Shown here one piece after another: positions 26,901 to 40,000 of a stretch of 64,000 bases of DNA; position 1 is the first letter of the stretch; the number at the start of each line of letters is the position of its first letter. The notes under the pieces are model-generated. The model worked only from the letters and a program-made list of their open reading frames with translations, had not been told where the DNA came from and made no database searches. The DNA is taken from NCBI GenBank assembly GCA_030704615.1, contig CM060731.1, positions 78,678,001-78,742,000 of the forward strand, given 5' to 3'. Source of the stretch: Takakia lepidozioides. Its lineage: Eukaryota; Plantae; Bryophyta. The position numbers and the translations under genes are program-made.

Positions 26901-27938
26901 GATTGGCGCAAGATACACCGGATGTTTGGAGTCGAACAAATGAAGTTGGAAGAGTCGCGCTTTCACTTCATCCTTATGCTTGATATTTAACGGCCTGTAA
27001 ACCATGCTCCTTGGAGCTAATTCCATCATGGAAACCTTCACAAGGAAGGTACTCTTGAATCCGAATGGAAATATATCATTGTATTCCTTCGTGAGCCTCT
27101 CCTCCATCTCCTCGCATTTTTCCTTGTCAAAAATCTCCCCAACTTTAGGTCTCTTGTTGTCGCGGCCCTTTGCCTTGAGGGCAGGGGGTCGGGACACATG
27201 AGGGGCTGCCCCTGTGGTGGGGGCAGCGGCAGCGATAGGTATGGGGGGCTGAGGCACCCTTGAGTGCCCAAGGCACTCAGGGAAGCGGAGGCGCTCACTA
27301 GGTGGAGCCCCGCACACCGGGTTGCGGTGGGGGTGGCTCCACAAGGGGTGGTGGTAGCTTAGTGGGACTTAGTGGGGGTGGCATAGGACTCACCATGGGG
27401 GCGGAGACCTCGTGGTGGGAGTCGTGGGGAGTCTTGGGACTCATCACGGTCCATAGGGGCCGTGGTGAGCAGGCCAAGACTCGCCGCGACTCACCACCGG
27501 GAATCGAGGGTCTTCGTGGTGGTTCGCCATAAAATGGCATGGCTAGTTGTGAAACCCCCGCGGACAGCTACAGAAGTATATATAGGGAGTAGTAACCCCG
27601 AGAACGGTGCAAGCCCGTTGGTGACCAAAAACTAGTGAGTAAGCGAGCGAGCCGGAAAGCGACCAAAGAGTGTGGAGCTGTTCCGGACTGCCATCTACCA
27701 AAGGGAATTCTCCTAGTCCCAATTAGGTGGAGGGTTCTAGAGGGAAGCGAAAGGGGACCGTTATGTCCCGGTGAGCAGCCGAAGCTCCAAGTTGGCCCGG
27801 CGGCCAGGTTGGGAGTCAAGCGCGCGCATCAAAGCGAGTAACTATGACTTGAAGGGGAGTTTACCGAATTGAGGTGCGCGACACTTGGTATCAGAGCTTA
27901 GAGTTCAGTACGCGATCGTCCTTGGGATTGGCCTCATC

Positions 27939-30758
27939 ATGGGGTCGGACAAGCTGAAGCGAAAGCGGAACGGCCCAAAAGATGACGATCCCGGTGAGCC
28001 CGATGGGGGCGGCGTGTCACTGAGGCGGCCGTTTGAGGAAGCGATGCATGTTTCCGAAAACGAGGCCGCCCAAGAGCGAGAGGAATCCGAGGAGTCGGAG
28101 CCCGAGGAATCCTTGAGAGCTCCGACAAACCAAGAGATGCCTCCCATGCCGGCAGCCTTTTGGGAAGGGTTGTTGGCGCAGTTTGGCGGGACGTTGAAAG
28201 ACGTGTTGAAGGCGGCTAATGCCACTTCCACTAAGTCAAAGTTTAAGGTGAAGCCTAAGGAACCCGGCACCTTCGAGGGCGTCCGAAATCGGAAGGCACT
28301 CAACACCTGGCTCTTGGAGCTGGAGCAGTACTTCCGGGCGGCCAAGTTGAGTGACGAGGATCGCGTGGAAGTGGCTCCCACCTATTTGAGGGGCTATGCT
28401 CAACAATGGTGGCAGAAACGCCTTCACGACCGAGGTCCAAGTCTGGAAACCTTGAATTGGAGTGGGTTCAAGGAATTGTTGAAGAGACAGTTTGTGCCCT
28501 TCAACGTGTCCTGGTTTGCCCGGGACAAGATGAGGAATTTGAAGCAAACAGATGACATTCGGGGGTACGTCCAGGCTTTCAATGTGCTGTTGCTCGAAGT
28601 CGCGGACATGGCAGAACCAGAAATGGTCTTCAACTTTGTGGCGGGACTGGCCCCATGGGCCAGGCGGAACTTGGAGGAGAAGCCACCCAAGACTTTGAAC
28701 GAGGCAATTGAGAGGGCTGAATGTTTCTCGGATGTCCATAGGGGTGAAAGACAAGGCCGTACGGAGCTGAACCACAAGAAGATTCGGCGGGAAGGTGACT
28801 CCTTCCGACCGGAAAAGAAGTGGGATAGGCCACGCGGCGATAATGGCACGTGGAAATCGAAGGGAGGGCCTTCACACGTCAAGGCGGCACCCGGTGCTCC
28901 GAAAGGAAAAGCGGGTGGAGTGGCTTATGGCAGACAGAAGGCAACCTTTGATGGAGTGTGTTTCAATTGCGGGGAGCCCGGGCACATGGCCAAGAAGTGC
29001 ACGAAGCCCCGACAATTGAACATGACTCGGGCGACCACGGAGCTGTCGGAAGATACCATCAGTCGCTTGGTGGAAGCGGTGGTCGCCAGGACTTGCAAGG
29101 TAGGCAAATTTTCTTGTGAGTTGTATCAGGAAACTGGCGCCTTACGAAAAGGGAGTCAGTTATTGTTCGTGGATGGGATAATATCCGGAACTAATGTGTC
29201 GTTGTTGGTGGACATAGGAGCATCGCACTCCTTCATGACACCGGCAACGGCACAAAAGCTGGGACTCCCGACAAGTGACGTGGGGGCCTCTATTGAGGTG
29301 CGTTCTGCCAAAGGAGAACCACAGTTGGCGACAAGGTTGGCGATTGATGTTCCTCTTCAACTAGGGAGTTGGGAGGGATGTGAGAACTTCACCATCTGCG
29401 AGATCGATGGAGTAGATCTCATTTTAAGGATGACCTTTTTGAGCAAATCCGGAGCGGTCATAGATGGCCGCAAGAGAGTAGTCACGCTGCCATGTGGGAA
29501 TGGTGGCGAGGTCTTACGAGTGTCGGAAACGCCCAAATCCGTGGGAGGGCGAATAAACCTTCTGTCAGCAAGGGAGTGGGCCGTGGAGGAGGCACATGAA
29601 CCCCAGTTCTTGCTTTACATTAGAGAAGTGAAGGGAGAAGGCGATGGGGAGCCGAGCCCAGATTGGATCAAGGGGATTTTGGAGAAATACCAGGATGTGA
29701 TGCCGGAGGATTTACCAAGCGGCTTGCCACCGCGAAGAGGAGTTGACCACAAGATTGAGGTGATACCGGGATCGGAACCGCCTGCCAAGGCGCCCTACCG
29801 GTTGAGCCACAGAGAGTTGGTCGAGCTGAAGACTCAGCTCAAGGATCTAATGTCAAAGGGGTACATCCGGCCGAGTAAGTCACCTTACGGAGCCCCGGTG
29901 CTATTTGCAGACAAGAAGGATGGGACGCTGCGGATGTGTGTCGATTACAGGGCTCTGAATAAGGTGACTATCAAAAACCGGTACCCTTTGCCAAGGATCG
30001 ACGACCTCTTCGATCGGTTGGCAGGAGCGAAGTATTTCAGCCGGATCAACTTGCGCTCCGGCTATCACCAAATTCGGGTGGCGGAAGGAGATGAGGAGAA
30101 GACCGCGTGCAGGACAAGGTATGGTTCATATGAGTTCTTGGTGATGCCTTTTGGGCTCACCAATGCACCAGCGACATTTAGCACGCTGATGAACAGCCTT
30201 TTCCAGGAGTGGTTGGATGACTTTGTGATCGTGTACATCGACGACATCTTGGTGTACTCGAAAACAAAGGAGGAGCACCTGGAGCACCTCAAAAGGGTGT
30301 TCCAAAAATTGCGAGAAGGGAAGTTGTATGCCAAAGCTTCAAAGTGCGAATTCGGGGTCACAAAAGTGGAGTTCTTGGGGCATGTGATTACACAGGATGG
30401 GATCAAAATGGATGACAGAAAGGTGAGGGCGATCTTGGACTGGGAGCCTCCGACTTCGGTCCCGGGAGTGCGATCCTTCCTAGGACTCGCCTCCTATTAC
30501 CGGAAGTATGTGAGAAATTTCGCCAAGATCGCGGGGCCGCTGTCGGACCTTCTGTGTAAATCCAAAGTCTGGGTATGGAACACATTTTGTGGCCAAGCTT
30601 TTGCTGAATTGAAGCAGCGGATGACGGAAGCTCCAGTCTTGAAAATCCCGGAGTTCGATCGTCCGTTTGAGATTCATACAGATGCATCGGACTTCGCGAT
30701 TGGGGGTGTACTTATGCAAGATGGACGTCCAGTGGCTTACGAAAGCGGAGGGAAGTGA
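27939..30758 (+). CDS. Gypsy gag-protease-RT-partial RNase H polyprotein (defective)
   Basis: Retrotransposon gag, [14 protein letters not shown] knuckle, [11 protein letters not shown] protease, RT ([19 protein letters not shown]), RNase H start [12 protein letters not shown]; ends abruptly at PVAYES. Confidence 0.92.
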   Translation: MGSDKLKRKRNGPKDDDPGEPDGGGVSLRRPFEEAMHVSENEAAQEREESEESEPEESLRAPTNQEMPPMPAAFWEGLLAQFGGTLKDVLKAANATSTKSKFKVKPKEPGTFEGVRNRKALNTWLLELEQYFRAAKLSDEDRVEVAPTYLRGYAQQWWQKRLHDRGPSLETLNWSGFKELLKRQFVPFNVSWFARDKMRNLKQTDDIRGYVQAFNVLLLEVADMAEPEMVFNFVAGLAPWARRNLEEKPPKTLNEAIERAECFSDVHRGERQGRTELNHKKIRREGDSFRPEKKWDRPRGDNGTWKSKGGPSHVKAAPGAPKGKAGGVAYGRQKATFDGVCFNCGEPGHMAKKCTKPRQLNMTRATTELSEDTISRLVEAVVARTCKVGKFSCELYQETGALRKGSQLLFVDGIISGTNVSLLVDIGASHSFMTPATAQKLGLPTSDVGASIEVRSAKGEPQLATRLAIDVPLQLGSWEGCENFTICEIDGVDLILRMTFLSKSGAVIDGRKRVVTLPCGNGGEVLRVSETPKSVGGRINLLSAREWAVEEAHEPQFLLYIREVKGEGDGEPSPDWIKGILEKYQDVMPEDLPSGLPPRRGVDHKIEVIPGSEPPAKAPYRLSHRELVELKTQLKDLMSKGYIRPSKSPYGAPVLFADKKDGTLRMCVDYRALNKVTIKNRYPLPRIDDLFDRLAGAKYFSRINLRSGYHQIRVAEGDEEKTACRTRYGSYEFLVMPFGLTNAPATFSTLMNSLFQEWLDDFVIVYIDDILVYSKTKEEHLEHLKRVFQKLREGKLYAKASKCEFGVTKVEFLGHVITQDGIKMDDRKVRAILDWEPPTSVPGVRSFLGLASYYRKYVRNFAKIAGPLSDLLCKSKVWVWNTFCGQAFAELKQRMTEAPVLKIPEFDRPFEIHTDASDFAIGGVLMQDGRPVAYESGGK

Positions 30759-31216
30759 AGTTTGAGGCAGGCACAGAGGTCTGGTTGAACATCAAGAATT
30801 TCCGACTACCTCCGGAAGTGAGTCCGAAGTTCGTGCCTCCGTATGCGGGACCCTTTCGCATTCGGAAGGTTATGAATGAGGATGTGTATGAATTGGAGCT
30901 GCCGGCAAACAGCAAGGTGCACCCAGTATTCCATGTCTCCCTTTTGAAGCCTTACTTCAAAGATGAAGCGCGTCCGAATCGGCATCAAGTGTTGCGTCCG
31001 CCACCTATGCTGTTGGATCATGAAAATGAACCTGAGTACGAGGTGGAGGCAATACTTAAGTCGAGGAGGTTGAGGAACCGAGAAACGGAGTATCTCGTCA
31101 AATGGAAGGGCTATCATCATGTGGAGGCATCTTGGGTGCGTGCCTCAGAAATGGGAAACGCATCCGAGGCGGTTGCAGCTTTCGAAGGGCGACCTCAAAA
31201 GCGGAAGAAGCGTTGA
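30755..31216 (+). pseudogene. Gypsy integrase C-terminal GPY/F region plus chromodomain (integrase core deleted)
   Basis: YAGPFRI..YELELP..HPVFHVSLLKPY, then YEVEAILKSR..YLVKWKGY..SW chromodomain. Confidence 0.9.
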
Positions 31217-33797
31217 TGGGGACATCAACCTTGGAGCGTGGGGGAGGAAATGCATGCTTAGCCCGGTTTAGCTAACTCAGAAATCCGATTGAAAAAACTT
31301 GTATTGTACAAAAATTTGTTATAAAGGAAATGGGTTCCAAATATTGTGCGTCCTATTGTGTTTGGAATGGTGATGCATGGTGTGGTTGGCTAGTGTGTAG
31401 AATGCATGCTAGCTTACAAAAGTGGGAGAGGTAAATTGGGTAATCGTGTGTTTGCGCAGAGCCGAAATCGGGTGACTCCCATCCAAGGGGCAAGGAAACT
31501 TGCGCCTTCTTTGGGAGTTCACGTGCTAGTGCGCACCTGGCACGTGCGCATACTATAACTGCGCTACCGAGGGGGTTGCCTTGTAGTGCGGGCTAACGCA
31601 GAAGCTACGTGCTTCCGTTCACGTACTATAATCGTGTAACCTCGGGACGAAGTCGTAGTGCGGCTTCGACGTGTTCCCGTACCTCAGGCCAGCATTCCAA
31701 GGCGGACCCAATTGTAGTGATTGGGGCGCACGGTTGGTTCAAGGTTATCTTCCTGGTCAAAGAGGGTTCCAGGTGAACCCTTGCTCAAGGTGATGCCAAA
31801 AGCGGCATCATGAGCGATCGCAAGCAATGTTGTTGCAGTAAGGCGATTCGATCCTCGGGGAGGATCGTTCCTTGGCCTTGAAGTAGGCCAAGAAGAGTGC
31901 ACTGGGAGGAGCTGGAGAGGCTCCACCCTTGGCCGGGACTTGGAGGAAGTCGGCCGAACTAGCTAGTGGAGAGTAGAGTCAAGTGTGGGGTTTGGTTCCT
32001 TACCATGGAACGCCATGGTACAGAAACAAACTCCTTGATGTGGGACGCCACAACTTGGATGTTCGTTTCTACAAAATGGACAAGTCGATGAGGACATCGA
32101 CTCCATGTTGGTAGGGGTGTGTGTCGCGGCCCTTTGCCTTGAGGGCAGGGGGTCGGGACACATGAGGGGCTGCCCCTGTGGTGGGGGCAGCGGCAGCGAT
32201 AGGTATGGGGGGCTGAGGCACCCTTGAGTGCCCAAGGCACTCAGGGAAGCGGAGGCGCTCACTAGGTGGAGCCCCGCACACCGGGTTGCGGTGGGGGTGG
32301 CTCCACAAGGGGTGGTGGTAGCTTAGTGGGACTTAGTGGGGGTGGCATAGGACTCACCATGGGGGCGGAGACCTCGTGGTGGGAGTCGTGGGGAGTCTTG
32401 GGACTCATCACGGTCCATAGGGGCCGTGGTGAGCGGGCCAAGACTCACCGCGACTCACCACCGGGAATCGAGGGTCTTCGTGGTGGTTCGCCATAAAATG
32501 GCATGGCTAGTTGTGAAACCCCCGCGGACAGCTACAGAAGTATATATAGGGAGTAGTAACCCCGAGAACGGTGCAAGCCCGTTGGTGACCAAAAACTAGT
32601 GAGTAAGCGAGCGAGCCGGAAAGTGACCAAAGAGTGTGGAGCTGTTCCGGACTGCCATCTACCAAAGGGAATTCTCCTAGTCCCAATTAGGTGGAGGGTT
32701 CTAGAGGGAAGCGAAAGGGGACCGTTATGTCCCGGTGAGCAGCCGAAGCTCCAAGTTGGCCCGGCGGCCAGGTTGGGAGTCAGGCGCGCGCATCAAAGTG
32801 AGTAACTATGACTTGAAGGGGAGTTTACCGAATTGAGGTGCGCGACACTTGTTATCTGACATCAATGCTGGATCCTGATCCTCCTTCTGTTTCTTCTTTC
32901 CTGCGGAAGTCCCGGCCTCATTGTCATCATTGCCGGCTGTCGACGACTTGCGTTTTCCCTTCTTCGGCTTTGATGCTTCATGTAGTGCTCGCTTCTTGCG
33001 AATGTCGTTCCCCATTGCGTGCAGAAGATCCAGAAAAATACTCTAGGCCCTCGACAAATCTACGTCTGTAAATACTGAGCCCTCGTCTGGAAATCTAAAA
33101 CCCAGTGCAATGCATTCACTCATCAACGACTTGTTTAGACGACCCACCTCCACTTTGAAACCAAACGTCCCGGGGGTTCTCGCATCCTCATGAAGGAACA
33201 AAACCAACATCGGGTTTTCATCTTCAGATTCAAGCTCTATATCAAGAGCTTCTACGTATTTTAAGTCTGTTATGACTTCAAGACTTCTGTAATGAAAAGA
33301 CAGTTTGTGATCAGGAGGTGTACCGACAGGCACGATGCCCCAATCTGTCATCTCTGGGTTAAGCTAAAAAATAGCGGTATGCTCAGTTTTGAAATGTGAG
33401 GACTTCCGGCATACGAATGCGCCACAAATATCTCCAATCAATCCCGGGACACAATCTGGTGGTATAGGATGTCTTCTGTTACAACCAAACACAAATTCAT
33501 TAGATAATCAAATATCAGGATCTCTCTTACTAGCATCCATCATTCCAGAAATGAGAACCTCCACTGGACAGTGGAGGTTCGTATGTACGAGTCTTTCTAC
33601 ATGAAATGGGAAATCCTCCATATTTTACAGATGTTGAAGAAAAAAACTTTAATGAAAATGAGGCTCAGGAGCCATTGAGTACATCATCCTGAAACAGGAC
33701 TAATCTACAATAGAAATCTTCGAACCTAATTCGTCCAAAATATACTAAGGAACTTCTCGCACTATATTCAGACGATTCTAGATTATATACCCAAGAA

Positions 33798-34373
33798 CTA
33801 CAGAATGCTCCTTCTTATCTCTCTGAGTGTATCAGGCGAATCCAGTAGTTCCAGGACTCCCCCGCTCGTTTCAGTGTCCAGGAGGAAGTTTGGAGGATAA
33901 TATCCTTCAGATCCTGATGTGGATTCAGGAGATGCTGGCAAGTAACCCGGAGATGCTGGATATCCAAAAACGGTCACTCGTATCGCCGCCAATGTGTCTG
34001 GGGAATAGTCTAAAGGGGTGTATGTCGGATAATCTTGGGAGTAGGCAGGAGATCCGTTGATATCATTGTTTACATGAACGCTTTCTCTTATTTCCGCCAG
34101 GGTATCCTTACGGATGACTTCAGGTGTATTGTTCGGAGATTCGGATGCGTTCCGCGTGGATTCTATAGTCACATTTTCGTCATTGACAGACACTTTGTTC
34201 GGCTCGGTAGACCCCCAACTGGATTTTTCATCTGGTTCCGAAACACCATGTTTTTGATCTGGACGGTCCGCTTCCATCACGTCTACCGAACACCATCTCT
34301 TGCTCCAATTTAATTTGGCTGTCTTGTACTCATCGTCAGACACCGGTTCCCCACCCTCGTTCCTCTTTCTCAT
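33798..34373 (-). CDS. Transposon-internal hypothetical ORF, low complexity (S/P/D/Y-rich, repeated PDTLxxIR)
   Basis: 191-aa ORF preceded by an AG acceptor; internal repeats KDTLAEIRE / PDTLAAIRV / PDTLREIRR; no family recognised. Confidence 0.35.
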   Translation of the reverse strand: MRKRNEGGEPVSDDEYKTAKLNWSKRWCSVDVMEADRPDQKHGVSEPDEKSSWGSTEPNKVSVNDENVTIESTRNASESPNNTPEVIRKDTLAEIRESVHVNNDINGSPAYSQDYPTYTPLDYSPDTLAAIRVTVFGYPASPGYLPASPESTSGSEGYYPPNFLLDTETSGGVLELLDSPDTLREIRRSIL

Positions 34374-37023
34374 TCTGACATAAAAAATAATCAGAGTGTG
34401 TAACTGGCTGACCCAAAGAAATATTGAACCTCCACTGGGTAGTGGAGGTTCCCAATTATCGTATCCCAGTCTCGTTGGAAAGTATGTGTCACACTTACAA
34501 TGTTATACATATGATTCCATCATTCGTTCCCACATCGTCTCAAACTGATTTCAATTTTCCCGTAATTATCCGATTTCGTCCTTACTTTAAAAAAATGCCT
34601 TTCAGCTTCCGCATACAGAATTCACGCGAACCTCCACTGGGCAGTGGAGGTTCCAGTTTCTGGTTGCTCATGTGCATGACATGGGTCTACGAATACTCTA
34701 CTCTGGCCTGCACGAAGCCTACTGTTAGTATATGTCTACTGTAGAATACAAGTAGACTAGGCTATCGTGGTTTTTCAAAATTGCCGAATTCGACATAATT
34801 GGATAAGAAATGAAAATTTCCATTCAGAATCGAGTTTGAATGGGAAGAAATGCATCAACTAATGCTGGATTTGGGGATCAAGAAAACGGTTGAGAAATAA
34901 ACATCCGGGCATTTCCGAAACCACTGTCCTCAATAAACCACCACAATGAACAAAACAAGCAATACAACCAGCACGGTAATCTCCCGCCACCCTAAATCAT
35001 TACCCTAATCGACCAGAACAAGCACACACAAACCCAATTGCACACAAAACCACCACACAAAACCACCCTACAAACCATCGGTGAATTGAAAAACAACAGT
35101 GAAGCAATGACGCAGGAATGCACTGAAGCACAGAATGGAGCAGGAGTGAAATGAATTGACAGAGAATGAAACAGCATTGAAGCAAACAACGAAGCAAACA
35201 ATGAAACAGAAACCTAATGTGCACTAAAGCACGAACTGAAGCACTGAAGACAGTGCAGTGCAGCAGAGAATGAAGCAGGATCCAAACGAATTGAACGTTG
35301 AACATGCCACATGAATTGAGAGTGGGCCAACACAAAACTGAGAACAGGCCAACACAAAACATGAAACAGAAGACAAAAAGAAGGAGTTTTTAATGCTGTA
35401 CCTGCTTGTGCCGGCCATTTTGGTGCCCCTGCAACCACAGTCCTTCGTTTGATACTCTCTTCCGCACCTCCGCCTGCCGATAATTGCACTGTGCTCTCGC
35501 CTCTACACTCGTCAATCTCCACTCGCCAATGTCCGGTCTCTCCTCCCCGCTCTTCAAATTTCGTCTATTTCACTCTCTCACCTTTCACCCTCTCCTCTCT
35601 CTGCACTCGGCCAAGTCTACTCTTTCTCTCCACGCTCCAGTGTCCAGTCGCTACAAAACGAGCTCCAAAACTCTTCTCTTCCACGCTCTCCTCTCTCAAC
35701 TGTTAAGCTCTCACTCGCGCAGCGCTTATGCATAGAAAATGGGAAGCCCAAAGGCCGGGCTCAAAGAGCGCACCCCTTATAAGCGACCTTCAAGGATGAT
35801 CTGAACCATCGCCTCCGTCCGAAATCGAACGGTCGCGCGGCGCAAATGGATGTTCTGCCCCATCCACGCAAACTAACATTAATATTGTCCATCCATACAG
35901 ATGAAATTAGTTCAACTTTTGTTCCACGAATGCACACACGTTTGGACAGACGACTGGATAGACGAATGAAAAAAAGGACGAAATGATTGTAATGACGCCA
36001 TTGGTCAGACTCTGCAACCCTCACGCTTACAAAAATCTTAAAATAGATTCGAAGCCAACAAACCTTAACCCACGCCCCAAACGCACATGTGACCACCCAC
36101 GTGACACGCCTAGGCAGTCGTTTCAAACTCAATCTGCCAGAGGACACAACGCTGTACCTACGGATTCGTCACACTGTATAATCATTGTCTCATATTGAGC
36201 CGTCCACAATTACTTTCGGTTGTTAGCCGCCAGGCGTCAATATTCCCTAACAGACATACGGCTTTAAGGATAGTAGATGGCCCCTCGTATCGTGCATTCC
36301 TCGATTTAAGGTCTAGAGCCACCATAGGGACTGCCCATCTATCGAGGGATACCTGACACGAGGGGTCCATCCCTACATTAAACATGTGCAAGCAAGCAAG
36401 GCACGAGTACCTCTTTGCCTGTCCTGCACCACTCTGCCCATAGGGTACTTCTGAAGCAGCCTCTGAGTCTCTCCCTGCTTCCTTAGTCTCAAGTGTCAAC
36501 TGCACATTTCTCACGTAGGATAGTATGATACTCAATTTTTTTTGTACTCTCCATGTGCACCAGCTAAACTTGCTTTTGTTTGTCTAAAGTTACTCCCAAA
36601 CCTCCACTGGGCAGTCGCCACATTATTATTCATCCATCCATAGAATCACTTTTTCATCTACAGAGGGCTTCTTCATTATCCATTGTTCATCCATGTGGTT
36701 GATGTCATCAACAGATATCATCCAACCTCCACTGCCCAGTGGAGGTTGGCAATTGTGACTTCATCTGACAGTTTTGATAGATGTAGTCTATACTCCGCCC
36801 TCATACTCCAATTTAATTCCAATTGTTTTTTATCAGTCCCAGTGTAGATCCAAACATTGACTTTACTTTTTCAATCCATATTGTTTTCTCATTCAAAACC
36901 GTCGAAAAAGTTATATTTAAAGTTTCTCCTTTCGGTGGCAAGACTTTCTTTCCTTCAGTTAATCTTCAGTCTAGTAATAGGATTTTACTGGACCTCCACT
37001 GCCCAGTGGAGGTTACTAACTTC

Positions 37024-40000
37024 ATGGGGTTCCAAGTAGGCCAAAGGGTGTTTCTGTCGCATCCTGGATCTCCTTCAGTTGTTGCCTCAGGAGATTGCCT
37101 GAATGTTTCTGGGGATGGAACTTGCCACGGACACCACTTGTGTTCATCCACCATTTCAGTTACCCTGATCTTTTGTGATGACGCATTCGGCTCATGTCCT
37201 CTGCCTTATCGACACATGGATGCTGACACATTGAAGGAGTGGGACTCCAGTTGTGTGGGACGTGTCCTGTGTTCGCACGCATGAAACTGTGGATTCATCA
37301 TCCCCGAGAAACCCAGGATGTCATTCCATCACAGAAGGTAGTAATTATCAAGGACAAAGCACTAAAAGCAATGATATTCCGTCCAACAGTGAGACTGGGG
37401 GGGATCTGCCTGTAGGTCTAAGGAGAGAATGTTGGAGAAACTTGCAGTGTCTTCTTCTTGGGGAGGACGGAAACGCCCTGTTCGAAGGCCGAATTCAGGC
37501 ATGCATTCCTAACAAGATCATTCTGAATGACAAACTCGGAGAGGACGATGTTGGGGTTTTGGTCACCAGAACAATCTCTGGAGAGTCCGGTTCACTGATG
37601 TCGATTGTGAAATGGCCGTTAACAAAAACAAGACTTCTTGAAAATGGCCGGATATTCTCCGTTGATCTCGAAAATTTCCTACGATCATGCAGTGACATGG
37701 AGAATGACGACCATGGTATAGGCGTATTGAAAGCAGCATACATGCATTTTACTAGGAAGAAAAATCCATCCAATATGGAGGACTAAAAAAAGTGCAAGAA
37801 AATCTCACTTTGGATGAAGTGAGGTCGGTGAGCAGCAAACCTTGCTGCAAGCTTCAGTGTTGCCAGTATTTTGATGAAAAACCTTGGCAATTCGTACTGC
37901 ATTTTGGGGTTCGTCATTCGATGAGAGGAGAGAACTTGGATTGAATGTTTCAAAACGACTTCACATTATGGATGGGTCATCGCGCAGGTGGTATGTTATG
38001 ATAGAAGGTGTTGATGTTTGCGAGAAAGCATGGTGGATAATACACGGAATTGGAAGGTCAACGTACATGGAATACAAAAAACTCAGTAAAGAGGGTTGTT
38101 TGTCATCTTTCCACAGAATCGTGGCGTCAAGCAGCCGCGACCAGGGACACTCCAGGCAGAGGGGAACATTATGTCCATTATCAATACTGACCTTATGCCT
38201 CACAAAACACGTTGCATTGGAGAGGGACGTCGGGATACTTTGAGAATTTTGCCACCCGAAATGAACTGGAAGAGAATTCGAGAGGAGTCCAACGAGGTGA
38301 CTTTTATTTGTTGTCCCCTTTCGTTTTTCAAAATACTGTGGATGATTTTATTCTTTTTGATGCCATCATGCTTTCTTGTTCTTCCACTTTGTAGAACCTC
38401 CACTGCCCAGTGGACATTGACATTGTTGGGGAGTTGGGGTGCAGACAAACAGACTGCTCGGTTTGAAAGGAGTTTCGCAGCCAGCTATAAGCCGTATACG
38501 GAATCGAATATTTCCTAACGTGGAGGTTCGGAAAACAGGAAGCACCTTTGCTAAGTGCACAGAATGCGAGATGTTCAAGGACTTGATCAAGAAGTCGATT
38601 AAGAGGAATTCCGAACAGGTCGCACATAAGCGGGCGCTTGATTTGCACTTGAGGCATCAAAAGTCATGTAGAAGGCTGTACCATAGCTGGAGGAATGAGT
38701 CCGTTATGGTTCCGGAGGAGTTCCTATGTATTATTCATGATAAGATGGATCATAGGAAAATGACTATTCCGAGGCTACAGACGACAAACAAGATGGTCTC
38801 CGGATTGGGTCAGCTGCCTGTCTCATTGACAGGAATGGTTACGTACGCACGAACACGGAGATGGAGCTTACGCTTAATTTTCCCTTGAGTTCTGGAAAGA
38901 CAATTCAAACTTCACAATTGGGTCATTGGCACGGTGCCTGCGCCAACTGGAAAAGCCGACATGCCGGGAATCCAGAAACATTTTCGACACTGAAGTTCAA
39001 AATGATTTTTTTGAAACGCTCATGAGAGGTAAATCGAGATGTTTGGAGGCTCTGAAACCCTACACGCCGCACGATAAACGTGGTGCTCGACCACTTCCTA
39101 GATGACTTTATTTGTAGATGGACAACTCCTCCAAGGACCATAAGAACAGATGGATGCTTGCTTTTCTATCCCTCCTCACTACCAAAAGATGTCTTTGAAG
39201 AGATCCAGCTTGGTTTTCTCATGGTCGGGCATACCCATGAGGATATTGACGGATTCTTTAGCTATCTCTCGAAGAAGCTAAAGGAACGCAACACCTACAT
39301 TCATCCAGATTTGATGAGGTCATTCATGATCTCCCAAGATATGCAATTCATTCCTCAAATCACACATGAGGTTCCCGACTTCAAGAATTTTGTTAAGGGT
39401 TATATTCATGATGAAAAGAAGGCTTTGGTGGGGATCTCAGAGATGCACGTCTTTCGATTTTTTAAGGATGCGGATGGCTGGCCCGTTATGAAGTACAAGA
39501 AGTCAGCTACTGATTCGGAGTGGCTTCCTACAAACTCCAGCGTTAAGATGTGGAAGTCCAATCCTGATGGGACTCCATATCTCCCTGAAGGAGACCCAGA
39601 TGCCGTTCCAAGAAGACCGATATGGGAAGTCGGGGACGACTCCTCAGAAAAACAGTCATTCATAAAAAATTGTATTAAGAAATACAGAGATTTTTGGACA
39701 AAAAATGTTGTTTGACGATCATTACCGGGGTGTGATGGAACAATATGACCAATACTAAGGAAATATTCTCGCCGAACTTGATAAGTCAATGCAGGACAGT
39801 CCGGATCGTATTCAACTTCTTGAGGGATTTTGGCCGAAAACAAATTGGTCCTCAAACCATCGGAGGGATGACATCCAGCCACATATACTGGAAGATATGG
39901 AAGATGAGGATGAAGTTCCTGAACCTTACTGTGGCCCTAGGTGTGAGCGTCCAAGGATACCCTTGAATCCGTTCAAGGATATTGAGAAAGGGTTTTTTGT

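Larger units (their letters stand above)
27158..32847 (+). mobile_element. Ty3/gypsy chromovirus, internally deleted, recent insertion
   Basis: 726-bp TG..CA LTRs (27158-27883, 32122-32847) with about 5 transitions; TSD CTTGT (27153-27157, 32848-32852); PBS tggtatcagagc (tRNA-iMet) at 27886-27897. Confidence 0.97.
24284..33351 (-). pseudogene. Transposon cargo gene: ParB/Srx-like domain, degenerate DNA amino-methyltransferase-like module, acidic and SP/SR-rich tail; split by the Gypsy insertion
   Basis: Frame runs 33351-32853, then resumes at 27152 (DNK|RPKVGE). Contains RPLNIKH..VYLAP..FFVIDGQHTIVAA (~26790-27000) and in-frame introns 26789-26654 and 26401-26298. Later ELRADTYDYLAFLFCRDGMSAVNIFGG..ALH|ARNI*VLDI, then a poly-D/E tract and RTKSPSP repeats. 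Premature stops and one frameshift. Confidence 0.65.

Noticed and set aside
26571-27344. 257-aa ORF as a single gene
   Set aside because: Chimeric: the N-terminus is antisense Gypsy LTR, the middle is the ParB-like exon, and the end reads through an intron.
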